A stretch of 64,000 nucleotides of DNA from an uncultured Verrucomicrobiae bacterium (lineage in GTDB: Bacteria; Verrucomicrobiota; Verrucomicrobiia; Palsa-1439): the NCBI GenBank assembly GCA_963812605.1, contig CAWEWF010000010.1, positions 64,001-128,000 on the forward strand. The letters are read 5' to 3'. The position numbers and the translations under genes are program-made. Below are positions 30,351 through 39,560 of this stretch, piece by piece. The number at the start of each line of letters is the position of its first letter. Position 1 is the first letter of the stretch. The notes beneath the pieces were generated by a model. That model worked only from the letters and a program-made list of their open reading frames with translations, did no database searches and was not told the origin of the DNA.

Positions 30351-31111
30351 AGATTCTTTTGGGTGTAGACGAAGCTTTGCTTTAGCGAATCGAACGGATC
30401 GCCGGGACAGGTGTCCTGCTCGATGCAGTACCACTCGCAACCGGCCTTTTCCGCCGCGGCGATGATCCGTGGCCAGTCGAGATTGCCGTTGCCGATCTCC
30501 GCGAACGTCGGTTGGTTGTTGGCGTTCACCGTGTAATCTTTCATGTGCAGAATCGGCAAACGTCCCGTGAGCCGTTCGCACCACGCGACGGGATCACCGC
30601 CGCCGTTCTGCACCCAGTACGTATCCGGTTCGCCCTGCAGATAGCGCGGATCAGTCTCGTCGAAGAGGATTTCGAGGACGGGTTTTCCGCCCAACCGTCG
30701 GAATTCGATTTGATGGTTGTGGTAGCACAGCACCTGTCCCGCGGCGTGCAGTACTTTGCCGGCGGCGTTGAGCCGGGCCGCGAACGACTTCACTTCCGGA
30801 AGCGTGTCGAATTTGATGCCGGCCGGCCAGGCGTAGGCAGTGAGGGGACAACCGAGTTTCTGGAGATGTTCGACGACGCGTTGCGGCTCGTTGAGGATCG
30901 TGTTCCCGTCCTCGTGCGTGGCGCAGCAGGTCAGGCCTTCGCCTTTCAACATGGCGACCAGTTCGCCCTCCCCGATTGGGCCGAGCCCGCTGATCTGCAC
31001 CGATTCGTAGCCGATGGCGCGAATCTTCTTCAGGGTCTTCGCGATTTCCGGCGGCGTCTTGGCGAAATCACGAACGGTGTACAACTGGGCGGCGATTTGG
31101 TGAATTTTCAT
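30338..31111 (-). CDS. Sugar phosphate isomerase/epimerase (xylose isomerase-like TIM barrel)
   Basis: QLYTVRD, YHNHQIEF, DTYWVQ, HMKD, IEQD. Confidence 0.9.
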   Translation of the reverse strand: MKIHQIAAQLYTVRDFAKTPPEIAKTLKKIRAIGYESVQISGLGPIGEGELVAMLKGEGLTCCATHEDGNTILNEPQRVVEHLQKLGCPLTAYAWPAGIKFDTLPEVKSFAARLNAAGKVLHAAGQVLCYHNHQIEFRRLGGKPVLEILFDETDPRYLQGEPDTYWVQNGGGDPVAWCERLTGRLPILHMKDYTVNANNQPTFAEIGNGNLDWPRIIAAAEKAGCEWYCIEQDTCPGDPFDSLKQSFVYTQKNLCSA

Positions 31112-32268
31112 CGTTTGTAGGAGGCGGCCAGATCGTCGGTAATCACGCCGGGGGAGCGTTTGGCTCCCCGCTTGAATCGTGAAGTTTCGATCTTGCCTTG
31201 TAAAAACTTCTCGTAGGCGGCGGCAATAAGTGGCAGTTCGACGGTTTGGTTTTGGGCCGAGGAAAACAGGATGGCGTTCGCCAGTTCGACGGAATGAATC
31301 CCCTCCGGCGCGGGCGCGATGAGCGGACTACCATCGAGAATGGCGTCGATGAAATTCTGCAGCATCTCGACGTGTTGGCCGCCGCGGTTGGGGAAGGTGA
31401 ACCGGAATTCCTCGGTCGCCGGCGCGGCGAAGGGTTTGGTTGCGGCGCCGCTGAATTCGCTCATCGGCCTCGCATTTCGGGTGAAGGTGAGCACATCGTT
31501 CTCGAACACCAGTCGGCCATTTTCTGCGGCGACTTCCAACCGATTTGTGCCCGGCGCCTCGCCGGTGGACGTGATGAATACGGCGGTTGCGCCGTCAGCG
31601 TATTCAAAATACGCGGTCACGTCGTCTTCCACCTCGATATCGTGGTAGCGACCGAGCCCGCAAAACCCGCGCACGCGCTGCGGCATCCCGAAGAACCACT
31701 GGAACAGGTCGAGGTTGTGCGTACACTGGTTGAGCAGCACGCCGCCGCCCTCGCCGGCCCAGGTCGCGCGCCAACTCCCCAGCTTGTAATACGCCTCGGG
31801 ACGAAACCAGTTGGTGATGATCCAGTTGATCCGGCGAATCCGGCCAAGTTCGCCGTTCTGGATGAGTTCGCGGACTTTTTGGTAGCACGGATCGGTGCGC
31901 TGTTGGAACATCGTGGCGAAGGTTTGTTTCGGGTCCTGCCATGCGGCGATGAGCCGTTCGCAGTCGGCTTTCTGGACGGAAATCGGTTTCTCCACGAGCA
32001 CGTGCAGGCCGGCCCGCAATGCGTCGCTGCCGCTGACGGTGTGGTCGAAGTGCGGCGTGGCGATGAGCACGGCATCGACGACGCCCGAGCGGATCAATTC
32101 GTCACTGCGAGCAAAGCGCCTGGTCTGCGGAAAACGCGCGGTCTTTTCCGGGGTTGGATCGCAAACGGCGGCGATCTCACAACGCTTGACCTTGCCGGAG
32201 GTGATGTTGTCGGCATGTCCCAGGCCCATGTTGCCGAGGCCGATGATTCCCAGTCGAACGGATTTCAT
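31108..32268 (-). CDS. Gfo/Idh/MocA family oxidoreductase
   Basis: GIIGLGNMG, IATPHFDH, VLVEKP, GGGVLLNQCTHNLD. Confidence 0.93.
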   Translation of the reverse strand: MKSVRLGIIGLGNMGLGHADNITSGKVKRCEIAAVCDPTPEKTARFPQTRRFARSDELIRSGVVDAVLIATPHFDHTVSGSDALRAGLHVLVEKPISVQKADCERLIAAWQDPKQTFATMFQQRTDPCYQKVRELIQNGELGRIRRINWIITNWFRPEAYYKLGSWRATWAGEGGGVLLNQCTHNLDLFQWFFGMPQRVRGFCGLGRYHDIEVEDDVTAYFEYADGATAVFITSTGEAPGTNRLEVAAENGRLVFENDVLTFTRNARPMSEFSGAATKPFAAPATEEFRFTFPNRGGQHVEMLQNFIDAILDGSPLIAPAPEGIHSVELANAILFSSAQNQTVELPLIAAAYEKFLQGKIETSRFKRGAKRSPGVITDDLAASYKR

Positions 32269-32413
32269 AAAACTCGCCCTTACTAGCCTCTTTCATGCTA
32301 CGCCGCCAGCCGCGCGTCAAGCGTGTTCTGCCGGGGGTGGCCCCTATAGCGATGGCTTGCATCACACCGCTGCTGAGGGGTTTAATGGGGTTCACAGCGT
32401 GACCAGGTGCTGA

Positions 32414-32890
32414 ATGAGATCGTTTCTCACAAAGACGGTTCTGCCAGTAGTGATCCTCGTTTACTTTACGGCGAGAGGGTTCTTTGAGAAGGTCGTCTGG
32501 GGACATTGGTATGGTTTCCCTCTTGATGATGTCTGCATCATCCTCGGTGGGTGGACGATATTGTCCTTGTTCTTGCTTGCGTTTCGGCGGCGGTTTGCCT
32601 GGATCTGGATTGTTCCTGCTGTTTGCGGTGTGCTTGTGATCGCATCGTTCCTCAATTACCGGCACCAGTACGCCGTTCTTGAGAGAGCCAATACCCGCTT
32701 ACGCGAAGACAGGGTCATACTTCACTGGGGCTATGTGTACTACTCGCGTTCCTTTGGGCTGTGTGTACAATCTTTTTTGAGTGGTAGTAACGGAGTCCCG
32801 GCGCAGCAGGTGGAGTCGGTCATTCGCGATGTATTCCAGGAGGACGGAAGTAGATTGCAGGAAATCAACCTGGTTGATTCGCGGAGATAG
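32414..32890 (+). CDS. Hypothetical membrane protein
   Basis: 158 aa, three hydrophobic segments, lower GC than neighbours; no family recognised. Confidence 0.55.
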   Translation: MRSFLTKTVLPVVILVYFTARGFFEKVVWGHWYGFPLDDVCIILGGWTILSLFLLAFRRRFAWIWIVPAVCGVLVIASFLNYRHQYAVLERANTRLREDRVILHWGYVYYSRSFGLCVQSFLSGSNGVPAQQVESVIRDVFQEDGSRLQEINLVDSRR

Positions 32891-32990
32891 CCCCAACAAT
32901 TTGGCCGAGCCAACTCACGGCCTCCCTTTCGGCTTGTGCGAGTTCCCCAGGCTGCCTAGCATGTTCGCCGTGATGGGAGGGAATGAATTT

Positions 32991-33562
32991 ATGCGCAGAA
33001 TCAATATCATCCTCGTGGCAATGGCCGGGTGGTCGCTTTTGGCGAGCGTCGGGTGGGCGCAGGACACGAACGCGCCGCTGACCAATATCGAGGCCTTTGA
33101 AGCGCAGACGGGAACGGTCATTGTCAAAGGCAGCGTGCTTGTAGGCACGGTCTCGACGCAAGCGGGGACCATGTCGGTGAGGGCCAAGGAGTCGATCGAG
33201 CCCGACAGCGGACGGAAGGAATACGGGATCGCGGTGGAATTGAAGGAAGGCGGCAGGCCCGAAGACACGACGATGATTGACTATGACGAGTTGGATTCGT
33301 TCCAGAACGGCATCGACTATATCAGCAAAGCCAATCATACATTGACAACCCTACCGGACTATGACGTGGTCTATACAACGGGAGGCGGGTTGCGTCTCGC
33401 CGTTTACACTAGCCACAAGCGCCCCGGCGCGATCCAAGTCGCCTTGCAGAGCGGTCGCGGCAGCCACGAGCGTGTGTTGCTTTCGTCGGACAGTTGGCCC
33501 GGTTCCAGAACCTGATTCAGCAAGCCAAGAGCAAGCTCGATTCCTTGCGCGCTGGGAAGTAG
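32991..33562 (+). CDS. Hypothetical secreted protein (frameshift near 33491)
   Basis: Signal peptide MRRINIILVAMAGWSLLASVGWA; TNIEAFEAQTGTVIVKG...IDYDELDS; the shifted frame ends FQNLIQQAKSKLDSLRAGK*. Confidence 0.65.
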
Positions 33563-33662
33563 GGGGGCGCGGTGGTTTACGTATGGACGTTGGAATATGA
33601 TCAAATCAGCATGAGAAAGTTTATGGATAGCACTATCCATAAAAACTGCGGAAGGTAGGCTG

Positions 33663-33730
33663 AGGTTGGGAAAAGGGTCGGTCCGATTGTTGTTTGGTCG
33701 TGCGCCATAACAAAAAACGAACTGACCCCT
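33663..33730. repeat. About 70-bp imperfect palindromic repeat, left copy
   Basis: Reverse complement closely matches 34094-34164 (GGGAAAAGGG..GATTGTTGTTTGGTCG..GCCATAAC.AAAAACGA.CTGACCC). Confidence 0.8.
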
Positions 33731-33797
33731 CCATGACCCCTTCAAAAGGTTCATTCCCGGTGGTACAATCACTGGGCTCCCGAATCAGTAACAAGGC

Positions 33798-33965
33798 ATG
33801 ATTATGACCAAAATACCTTACGACTTCGTGCGTCAGCGAGCCGATCTCAGTTGGCGTGAAGTTAAGTTCGGATTGAACCGCCAGTTGATCGTGCCGAAGG
33901 TTGCGATTGAGAATGCGATGAAGCGTATTAGCGGGGCTTCGATCCTGTTCTCAGGGGAACGATAG
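33798..33965 (+). pseudogene. Truncated DUF2247-like (putative immunity protein) fragment
   Basis: Manual translation MIMTKIPYDFVRQRADLSWREVKFGLNRQLIVPKVAIENA..., 55 aa; family resemblance is from memory only. Confidence 0.45.
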
Positions 33966-34093
33966 ACATGGCGTCTTACCGCGCTCGGCTTGGCAGGACG
34001 CGTCATCCTAACGCCTCAACCCCGGTTAGGAATAGGTGCAGGCGCGTGGCCTCGCGCATCCAGCATGGCCAGCGTGTTTAATTATGGCTAAAG

Positions 34094-34164
34094 AAAAGGG
34101 TCAGGTCGTTTTTCGTTATGGCACGCGACCAAACAACAATCGAAGCGGCCCTTTTCCCAAACCT
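34094..34164. repeat. About 70-bp imperfect palindromic repeat, right (inverted) copy
   Basis: Inverted copy of 33663-33730. Confidence 0.8.
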
Positions 34165-34281
34165 ATGGCGGGTAGGACGGCGCGACAGAGGGACCCACCC
34201 CTTTATCCCCTCCGAGGAGGGGAAATATATTCGGCCCGGCGTCCCGTCAGGACGGGACGACCACACCGGCGGTTCCGCTGC

Positions 34282-34334
34282 TATATCGTAAATCGATAAT
34301 TTTGCTGGACGTGGGGGCGCGGGATGGGTATAGT
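34282..34334 (+). promoter_or_regulatory. Conserved 22-bp box plus sigma70 promoter, copy B
   Basis: TATATCGTAAATCGATAATTTT then TGGACG-17 bp-TATAGT. Confidence 0.7.
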
Positions 34335-34349
34335 CGGGGGGGACAGATG

Positions 34350-34640
34350 AACATTGAACGCGCAACTTCCAACGTCCAACTTTGAAATGGCAGGGAAAGA
34401 GTACAGGCGGGACGCCTGTTCAACTCGAAGGCAGGAAGACACGGGCGGGACGCCCGCGCCACTATTGGGGAACGCCTTCGCCAAGGCTTCGGCGCGACTC
34501 GCTGCTGTGCGCAGTTCAAAACATGCGTTTCTGCGAAACGAACCCGATTTGTTTTACCTTGAAAAACAGCAGGTATCTATCAGGATCAGAATGATTTATG
34601 CGGAAAAAGATTGGGTGGGGCAATCCGGTTCGTTTGGCGG
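34350..34640. repeat. Cluster of REP-like hairpins and GAAACGAACCC inverted repeat
   Basis: ACAGGCGGGACGCCTGTTCAAC; ACGGGCGGGACGCCCGCGCCAC; GCCTTCGCCAAGGCTTCGGCG; GCGAAACGAACCCGATT paired with AATCCGGTTCGTTTGGC. Confidence 0.7.
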
Positions 34641-34709
34641 AACCAGGGGATCGGCGCGGACCTGTCGCGACGCTTGCCCGGTTGGCGAACCGCGCATACT
34701 GTGGCGCTC

Positions 34710-35639
34710 GTGGATAATATTGCGCATGGGTTGACGGGTGTGGTGATCGGCTATTGCGGGTTTCGACAACGGGGCGGACGCGAGGCGGGGTGGACGGCAT
34801 TGTGGACGTGCATCGCGGCGGCGGAATTTCCTGACATCGACGTTGTGATGGGCTTTTTTGGCCGCGATACCTTCTTTCGTTTCCATCGAAGCTTTACCCA
34901 CTCGGCGGTCATGCTACCGGTTTGGGCGGCGCTGATTGCCTGGACGTTTTGGGAACTGTCGGGTCGAGAGAACTTTCGACTGTTATGGTGGGCGGCGGTG
35001 GCGGGACTTGCCTCCCATCTGTTGCTTGACTGGCTGACCAATTACGGGACCGAATTATTCTGGCCGTTGAGCACGGCGCGGCTGGCCTTGAACTGGGTCT
35101 TCATCGTGGATGTCTATGTCTGGGTCATCCTGCTGGTCGGGATGGTCGCGGCCATTTGGACGCAACGCGAGTGGGTGGCCAGGACGGCGCTCGGGGTGGT
35201 GGGCGCGTACTTTTTATTCTGTGGCGTCTCGCGGGCGCACGCACTGGATGTGTATGAAGCGAAGGGGCCGACGGGACGAACCGATGCGTTTCCGCAGCCA
35301 ATGGATCCACTGCATTGGACGATCGTGCGTGACGACGGGGCCGTGCTGCACTGGATCGACAGCTCGCGCAACGACACGTTCGTGCCGTTTCGCGATGAAG
35401 ATCTGCTGCCGAAGGCGGAAGCGACGGAGACGGTAAAGTTATTTCGCTGGTTCGCGGCTTTTCCGCTCGTGGAGAAGATCGAGGAGAATGGTCACACGGT
35501 GTTGCGCTATCGCGATCTGCGGTTTCGTTCGGCGTTGCCGTGGGGAGGGGTGCGGGAAGGCATGTTCGTCGTCGCGAAAGTCGTTTTCGACGACCGGGGC
35601 AAGGTCATCACCGCCGGACTCGCCAGCGAAGGAGATTAA
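34710..35639 (+). CDS. Membrane-bound metal-dependent hydrolase (YdjM family)
   Basis: (M)DNIAHGLTG, PDID, HRSFTHS, SHLLLDWLTNYGT; GTG start at 34710. Confidence 0.88.
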   Translation: MDNIAHGLTGVVIGYCGFRQRGGREAGWTALWTCIAAAEFPDIDVVMGFFGRDTFFRFHRSFTHSAVMLPVWAALIAWTFWELSGRENFRLLWWAAVAGLASHLLLDWLTNYGTELFWPLSTARLALNWVFIVDVYVWVILLVGMVAAIWTQREWVARTALGVVGAYFLFCGVSRAHALDVYEAKGPTGRTDAFPQPMDPLHWTIVRDDGAVLHWIDSSRNDTFVPFRDEDLLPKAEATETVKLFRWFAAFPLVEKIEENGHTVLRYRDLRFRSALPWGGVREGMFVVAKVVFDDRGKVITAGLASEGD

Positions 35640-37198
35640 CTACCCAGCGCGGCCTGGACAATATCGGCGGCTTTATGAGGCGAAGCGCTTTTGATGGGTC
35701 GAAAGATGATGGGTTCCTCACCGAGTGTCGTGGGGTTCACCTCGGTGCCGTAGATGTCGGTCATGTGGTACCCGGGCGGGGCGGTAATTGTGCGGGATTG
35801 TCCCTCCACGCACCACGCAAAGACGAGGGTGCCGATCTTCGGGCGTTTCCAGGTGTAAAGGTAGACCTGGTTGTCGATGATGCGCGCGTCGCCCATCTTC
35901 GCGCCATTCAACCAGTAGGAGGTCATCAGGAACGCGCTGGTCTTGGGATGCGGCCCACGGAGGCCAACGTCCCAACCGTACAACTCGAAGTTTTGATCGG
36001 AGAGATTTTCACCGAGGGGGAAGACATGCGAAATGATGCAGGAGACACCCGCCGCGTGGTACATCACGGTCGTTTTGATCGCGCGGCACATTCCGCGATA
36101 CCAATCCAGCGTGGTGGCGAATTCCGTGTCGATGTTGGTATTAAGGTCGGAGCCAAGGGCGCTGTGGCCGTAGAGCCCCAGTTCATCGACGAAAAGCGAT
36201 TTGAGGTTGGCCAACTTGCCGAAGTTCCAGATCAGATGGTCCTTGGTAATGGAGCGGATCCAGTAGGGACTGAGATAGTCCACGTCAGGGGCGTAGGTGC
36301 CCCGGGAGTAATCATGCCACGACCAGCCATCGAACGTCGCCAGCTTGTTGGTCGACATCGCTATCGATTCCAACTCGAGCGCGCTCGACCAGGCAGGACC
36401 GATTACCTGGGGCTTGGAATCGATCGCCTTGATCGCCTTCTGGGCCTGCGAGAACATCTGGAGGTAAAAGTTGACGAGGGACTCGACGTTGGTGGTGTTG
36501 GGGAATTTATCGTTGAACGGTTCGTTCCAGATCTCGATCGCGGCGAGTTTGCCCTTGTACCGTGTTGCCAGGGCCTGCACGTAGGCGGTATGCAGCGGGA
36601 TGATTTCATCGGGGCCCACCCACGAGGGCACGAAATCGGCGGACATCGCGATAATCTTTCGGCCGGGGTTGTTAGACACGGCTGCATCCATCAAGCTCCA
36701 GTCCCAGGCATCGCGGTTCGTTTCCACGTTGGCCCAGACACTTTGAACGGCACGCACCCAGGTTGTCGCGATCAACGTCATCCGTTGCGAACCGGCGGAA
36801 TCGGACGTATTGGCGACTTCGGTTCCCAAAAATGGAGAGCCCGTGTAATCATCCGGCAGGACGCAAAACTGGTTGCGGTCACCGGCGCATTCGACGATGT
36901 AGTGACCGCGCGGCAACATGAGCGTGGTGGGGTTGCCCGAGTAAACGGAATTGCCGTTCAAGTCGAAAATCTGAATCGGCGAACCATTGGTCGTCGTGAT
37001 CGTGATCGAATCAGACTCCCGGAACAATCCCCAGCGGATGCTGGGGGTCACTTGAAGGATATTGGTGTTGATATCGAAGGGCTGGGTCAGGAGGGTGGCG
37101 GGAGACCAATCCGTCGCCGCGAAACCAGCCCCGGCGGTCGCCAAAGGGAGACAAACGAGAACTCGCAATACAGTGCGCAACGCCCTGGAAACATTCAT
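35636..37198 (-). CDS. Secreted clan GH-A glycoside hydrolase (GH39/GH5-like), paralog 1
   Basis: Signal peptide; WDWSLMD; AIEIWNEP acid/base; WSWHDY; FVDELG nucleophile. Confidence 0.75.
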   Translation of the reverse strand: MNVSRALRTVLRVLVCLPLATAGAGFAATDWSPATLLTQPFDINTNILQVTPSIRWGLFRESDSITITTTNGSPIQIFDLNGNSVYSGNPTTLMLPRGHYIVECAGDRNQFCVLPDDYTGSPFLGTEVANTSDSAGSQRMTLIATTWVRAVQSVWANVETNRDAWDWSLMDAAVSNNPGRKIIAMSADFVPSWVGPDEIIPLHTAYVQALATRYKGKLAAIEIWNEPFNDKFPNTTNVESLVNFYLQMFSQAQKAIKAIDSKPQVIGPAWSSALELESIAMSTNKLATFDGWSWHDYSRGTYAPDVDYLSPYWIRSITKDHLIWNFGKLANLKSLFVDELGLYGHSALGSDLNTNIDTEFATTLDWYRGMCRAIKTTVMYHAAGVSCIISHVFPLGENLSDQNFELYGWDVGLRGPHPKTSAFLMTSYWLNGAKMGDARIIDNQVYLYTWKRPKIGTLVFAWCVEGQSRTITAPPGYHMTDIYGTEVNPTTLGEEPIIFRPIKSASPHKAADIVQAALGS

Positions 37199-37435
37199 AC
37201 TTCTCTGTGCCGGCCTTCGTGAATCGATACATCCAACCAAGCAGCTTGTGCACCATTCCGGTTTGCAGCGTCAGGGAGTCAGCGGGGCCGCAGAACTGCG
37301 TCCCGATAGTCAGATTTGAGACGAAGTTCTCACGGAGCAGACGGGATGGAGACAATCACCGAAAGTTATCTGGCGCGCATCTAGCACCAAACGATTCGCT
37401 TTGACGGAAATGAGCCTGTATAGATTATTTCCCAC

Positions 37436-38917
37436 ATGAGTGAGGACGCCACAATTCCGGGGATTGCGCCACCCAGAACGGGACAGCGTCGCCTCATTGC
37501 CCGCAATTTTTTGTCGCTTAGCGCGGCATCGCTGGCGGGACGAGTCGTCAGCCTCTTTTCGGGCATTTACACCCGGCGAGTATTGGAGGTGGTGGCGATT
37601 GGCCAGCTCAGTTGGTGCACCTCGGTCTTGTCCTATTTCACGTTGCTCATCAACCCGGGGCTGGAGACGATTGCCAAGCGTGACGTGGCGCAGGACCCGA
37701 GTCGCGCGGGGCGGTACGTATCCTTGTTGTTGATGTTGCAGCTACTCCTCGCCATGTCAGCGTTTATCTTTGTCGCCATTTTTGCGATGCTGGGATTACG
37801 GGGGCCACAAATCAGCCTGATCTTGACAGTCCAGGCTTTCGGCCTGTTGCTCCTTCCGTTGAACCTGACGTGGCTGTTGCACGCCAACGAACGGATGGGA
37901 CCGGCCGCACTGACGGAAGTTGCGAGCCAACTGTTGATGTTGCCGGCCATCATCCTGTTCATTCACAGTCCGGCGCATGTGGTGCGCTACGTGTTGCTGG
38001 CGTATCCGCTGCGGATCGGCGCCATCCTCTACCTGGCCTGGTATGCGAACCGTCACGGGCTGCTGCGGTGGGGTGAGATTCATCTGACATTGAAAGGCGC
38101 GATGCCTTTGGTGCGGGCCGCGGTACCGCTGGGATTCTCGCAAGCGGCAATTTTGTTGTACTATAATTTTGACGCGATCTTCTTGGGCTTCACGCGCGGC
38201 GATGCGACGGTCGGCTTGTACAGCACGGCCTACAGCCTCATGCTGGTGCCGATGTTTTTAAGTTCCTCCCTGACCAGCGCTTATTTCCCAGCGCTGTCCC
38301 GGGCCTCAAGCAGCCTTGAACAGCGCCAGCAGGTGTCGCGGGAATTCCTGCGGGTTCTTACGTGGGTGGGATTCCCCCTGGCGGCGGCAGGTTGGGCAGT
38401 GGGACGCTATGCCGTCAATTTGATGTATGGCAAAGACTTTGCCGGGAGCGGGATCCTTTTCGAGTGGCTGAGCCTGAACATCGCCCTGGTGTTTTTCAAT
38501 ATCGGCATCGCCCAACCGCTTACCGCCTGGGACCATCAAAAGGTCTATTTTAAGATTACGGTCGCCGCGGCCACCGTGAATGTCCTGCTCAACATCGTCC
38601 TGATTCCCCGGTATGGCACAGCGGGCGCTGTTTTTACGACAATCCTGGCGGAGGCAGTGGTCACGGTCGGCGCCTTGATGGTGCGCGCACGGATTGGCCG
38701 TATTCCGGTGTTGCGGATCGTTTATCGGCCGCTCATTTGCTCGGCGCTCATGGCCGCGGTAGTAAGGTGGATGGGAGTGTTCTTCCATACACCCTGGTGG
38801 GCTGCTTTGGCACTGGGGATGTTGCTGTTTGCGGGTTGCTTCTGGTTTTTCGAACAAGAGACGATCGCGGGTTTGGTGAAGCGAATTTGGCGGTCGCCAA
38901 CGCAGCCCGCGCAGTGA
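37436..38917 (+). CDS. wzx: Polysaccharide flippase (Wzx/MOP family)
   Basis: LIARNFLSLS, D.IFLG...VGLYSTAY, VNVLLNIVLIPRYGTAGA; many TMs. Confidence 0.9.
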   Translation: MSEDATIPGIAPPRTGQRRLIARNFLSLSAASLAGRVVSLFSGIYTRRVLEVVAIGQLSWCTSVLSYFTLLINPGLETIAKRDVAQDPSRAGRYVSLLLMLQLLLAMSAFIFVAIFAMLGLRGPQISLILTVQAFGLLLLPLNLTWLLHANERMGPAALTEVASQLLMLPAIILFIHSPAHVVRYVLLAYPLRIGAILYLAWYANRHGLLRWGEIHLTLKGAMPLVRAAVPLGFSQAAILLYYNFDAIFLGFTRGDATVGLYSTAYSLMLVPMFLSSSLTSAYFPALSRASSSLEQRQQVSREFLRVLTWVGFPLAAAGWAVGRYAVNLMYGKDFAGSGILFEWLSLNIALVFFNIGIAQPLTAWDHQKVYFKITVAAATVNVLLNIVLIPRYGTAGAVFTTILAEAVVTVGALMVRARIGRIPVLRIVYRPLICSALMAAVVRWMGVFFHTPWWAALALGMLLFAGCFWFFEQETIAGLVKRIWRSPTQPAQ

Positions 38918-38935
38918 TAAGGACTGAATCGGATT

Positions 38936-39550
38936 GTGGAAAACTCGAAAGGTTTTGATGCGATTGTTATCATGGCGAAACGGCCGGCGCGGCGGAAAGG
39001 GCCGCATGAGCTGGAGGCGCGGGCGGCATTGGGCGTTCTCTTCTGGCAACAGACCGGTGGCCGGGTCACCATCATTTGCGTCGAAGGCCATGACCTGCCT
39101 GATTCCGATCTTTCCGGCGCCGAGGTCGTCCACAACGTGGCCGTTGCCGCCGGTGTCCCGCGCGACCGCATCCTGACGAGACCATTGACGAACTGCACGG
39201 TCCGTGAAGTAGAGGCGATCCGCGATATTCTTCGCGAATTGGATGCCCGGCAACCGCTGGTCATTACGCACCCGTATCATGTCCGGCGCACTCGCTGGTA
39301 CTTGCGGGAAGCAGGTATTAGTGCGAATGTCATCGGTTGTTCCGCCGAGTTGGCCATCTGCACGTTCCCTTCCATCGAGGCAGCGTTGCTTCGTTTGATC
39401 GAGCGGGGAGAGGCCCATGGATTGAATTATGCCCGGGAGTTTGTTGTGGAAATCCTGTTGACCATCCTGCATTCTTTGGATCGCGGCGGACGCGTCGAAA
39501 TGTGGTTGGCCGACCGCATCCGTGGTCGTACAGGAAATCAAACGGGATGA
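38936..39550 (+). CDS. YdcF/DUF218 family protein
   Basis: GVPRDRIL...NCTVRE...VITHPYHVRR pattern. Confidence 0.7.
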   Translation: MENSKGFDAIVIMAKRPARRKGPHELEARAALGVLFWQQTGGRVTIICVEGHDLPDSDLSGAEVVHNVAVAAGVPRDRILTRPLTNCTVREVEAIRDILRELDARQPLVITHPYHVRRTRWYLREAGISANVIGCSAELAICTFPSIEAALLRLIERGEAHGLNYAREFVVEILLTILHSLDRGGRVEMWLADRIRGRTGNQTG

Positions 39551-39560
39551 GGTTGACCAG

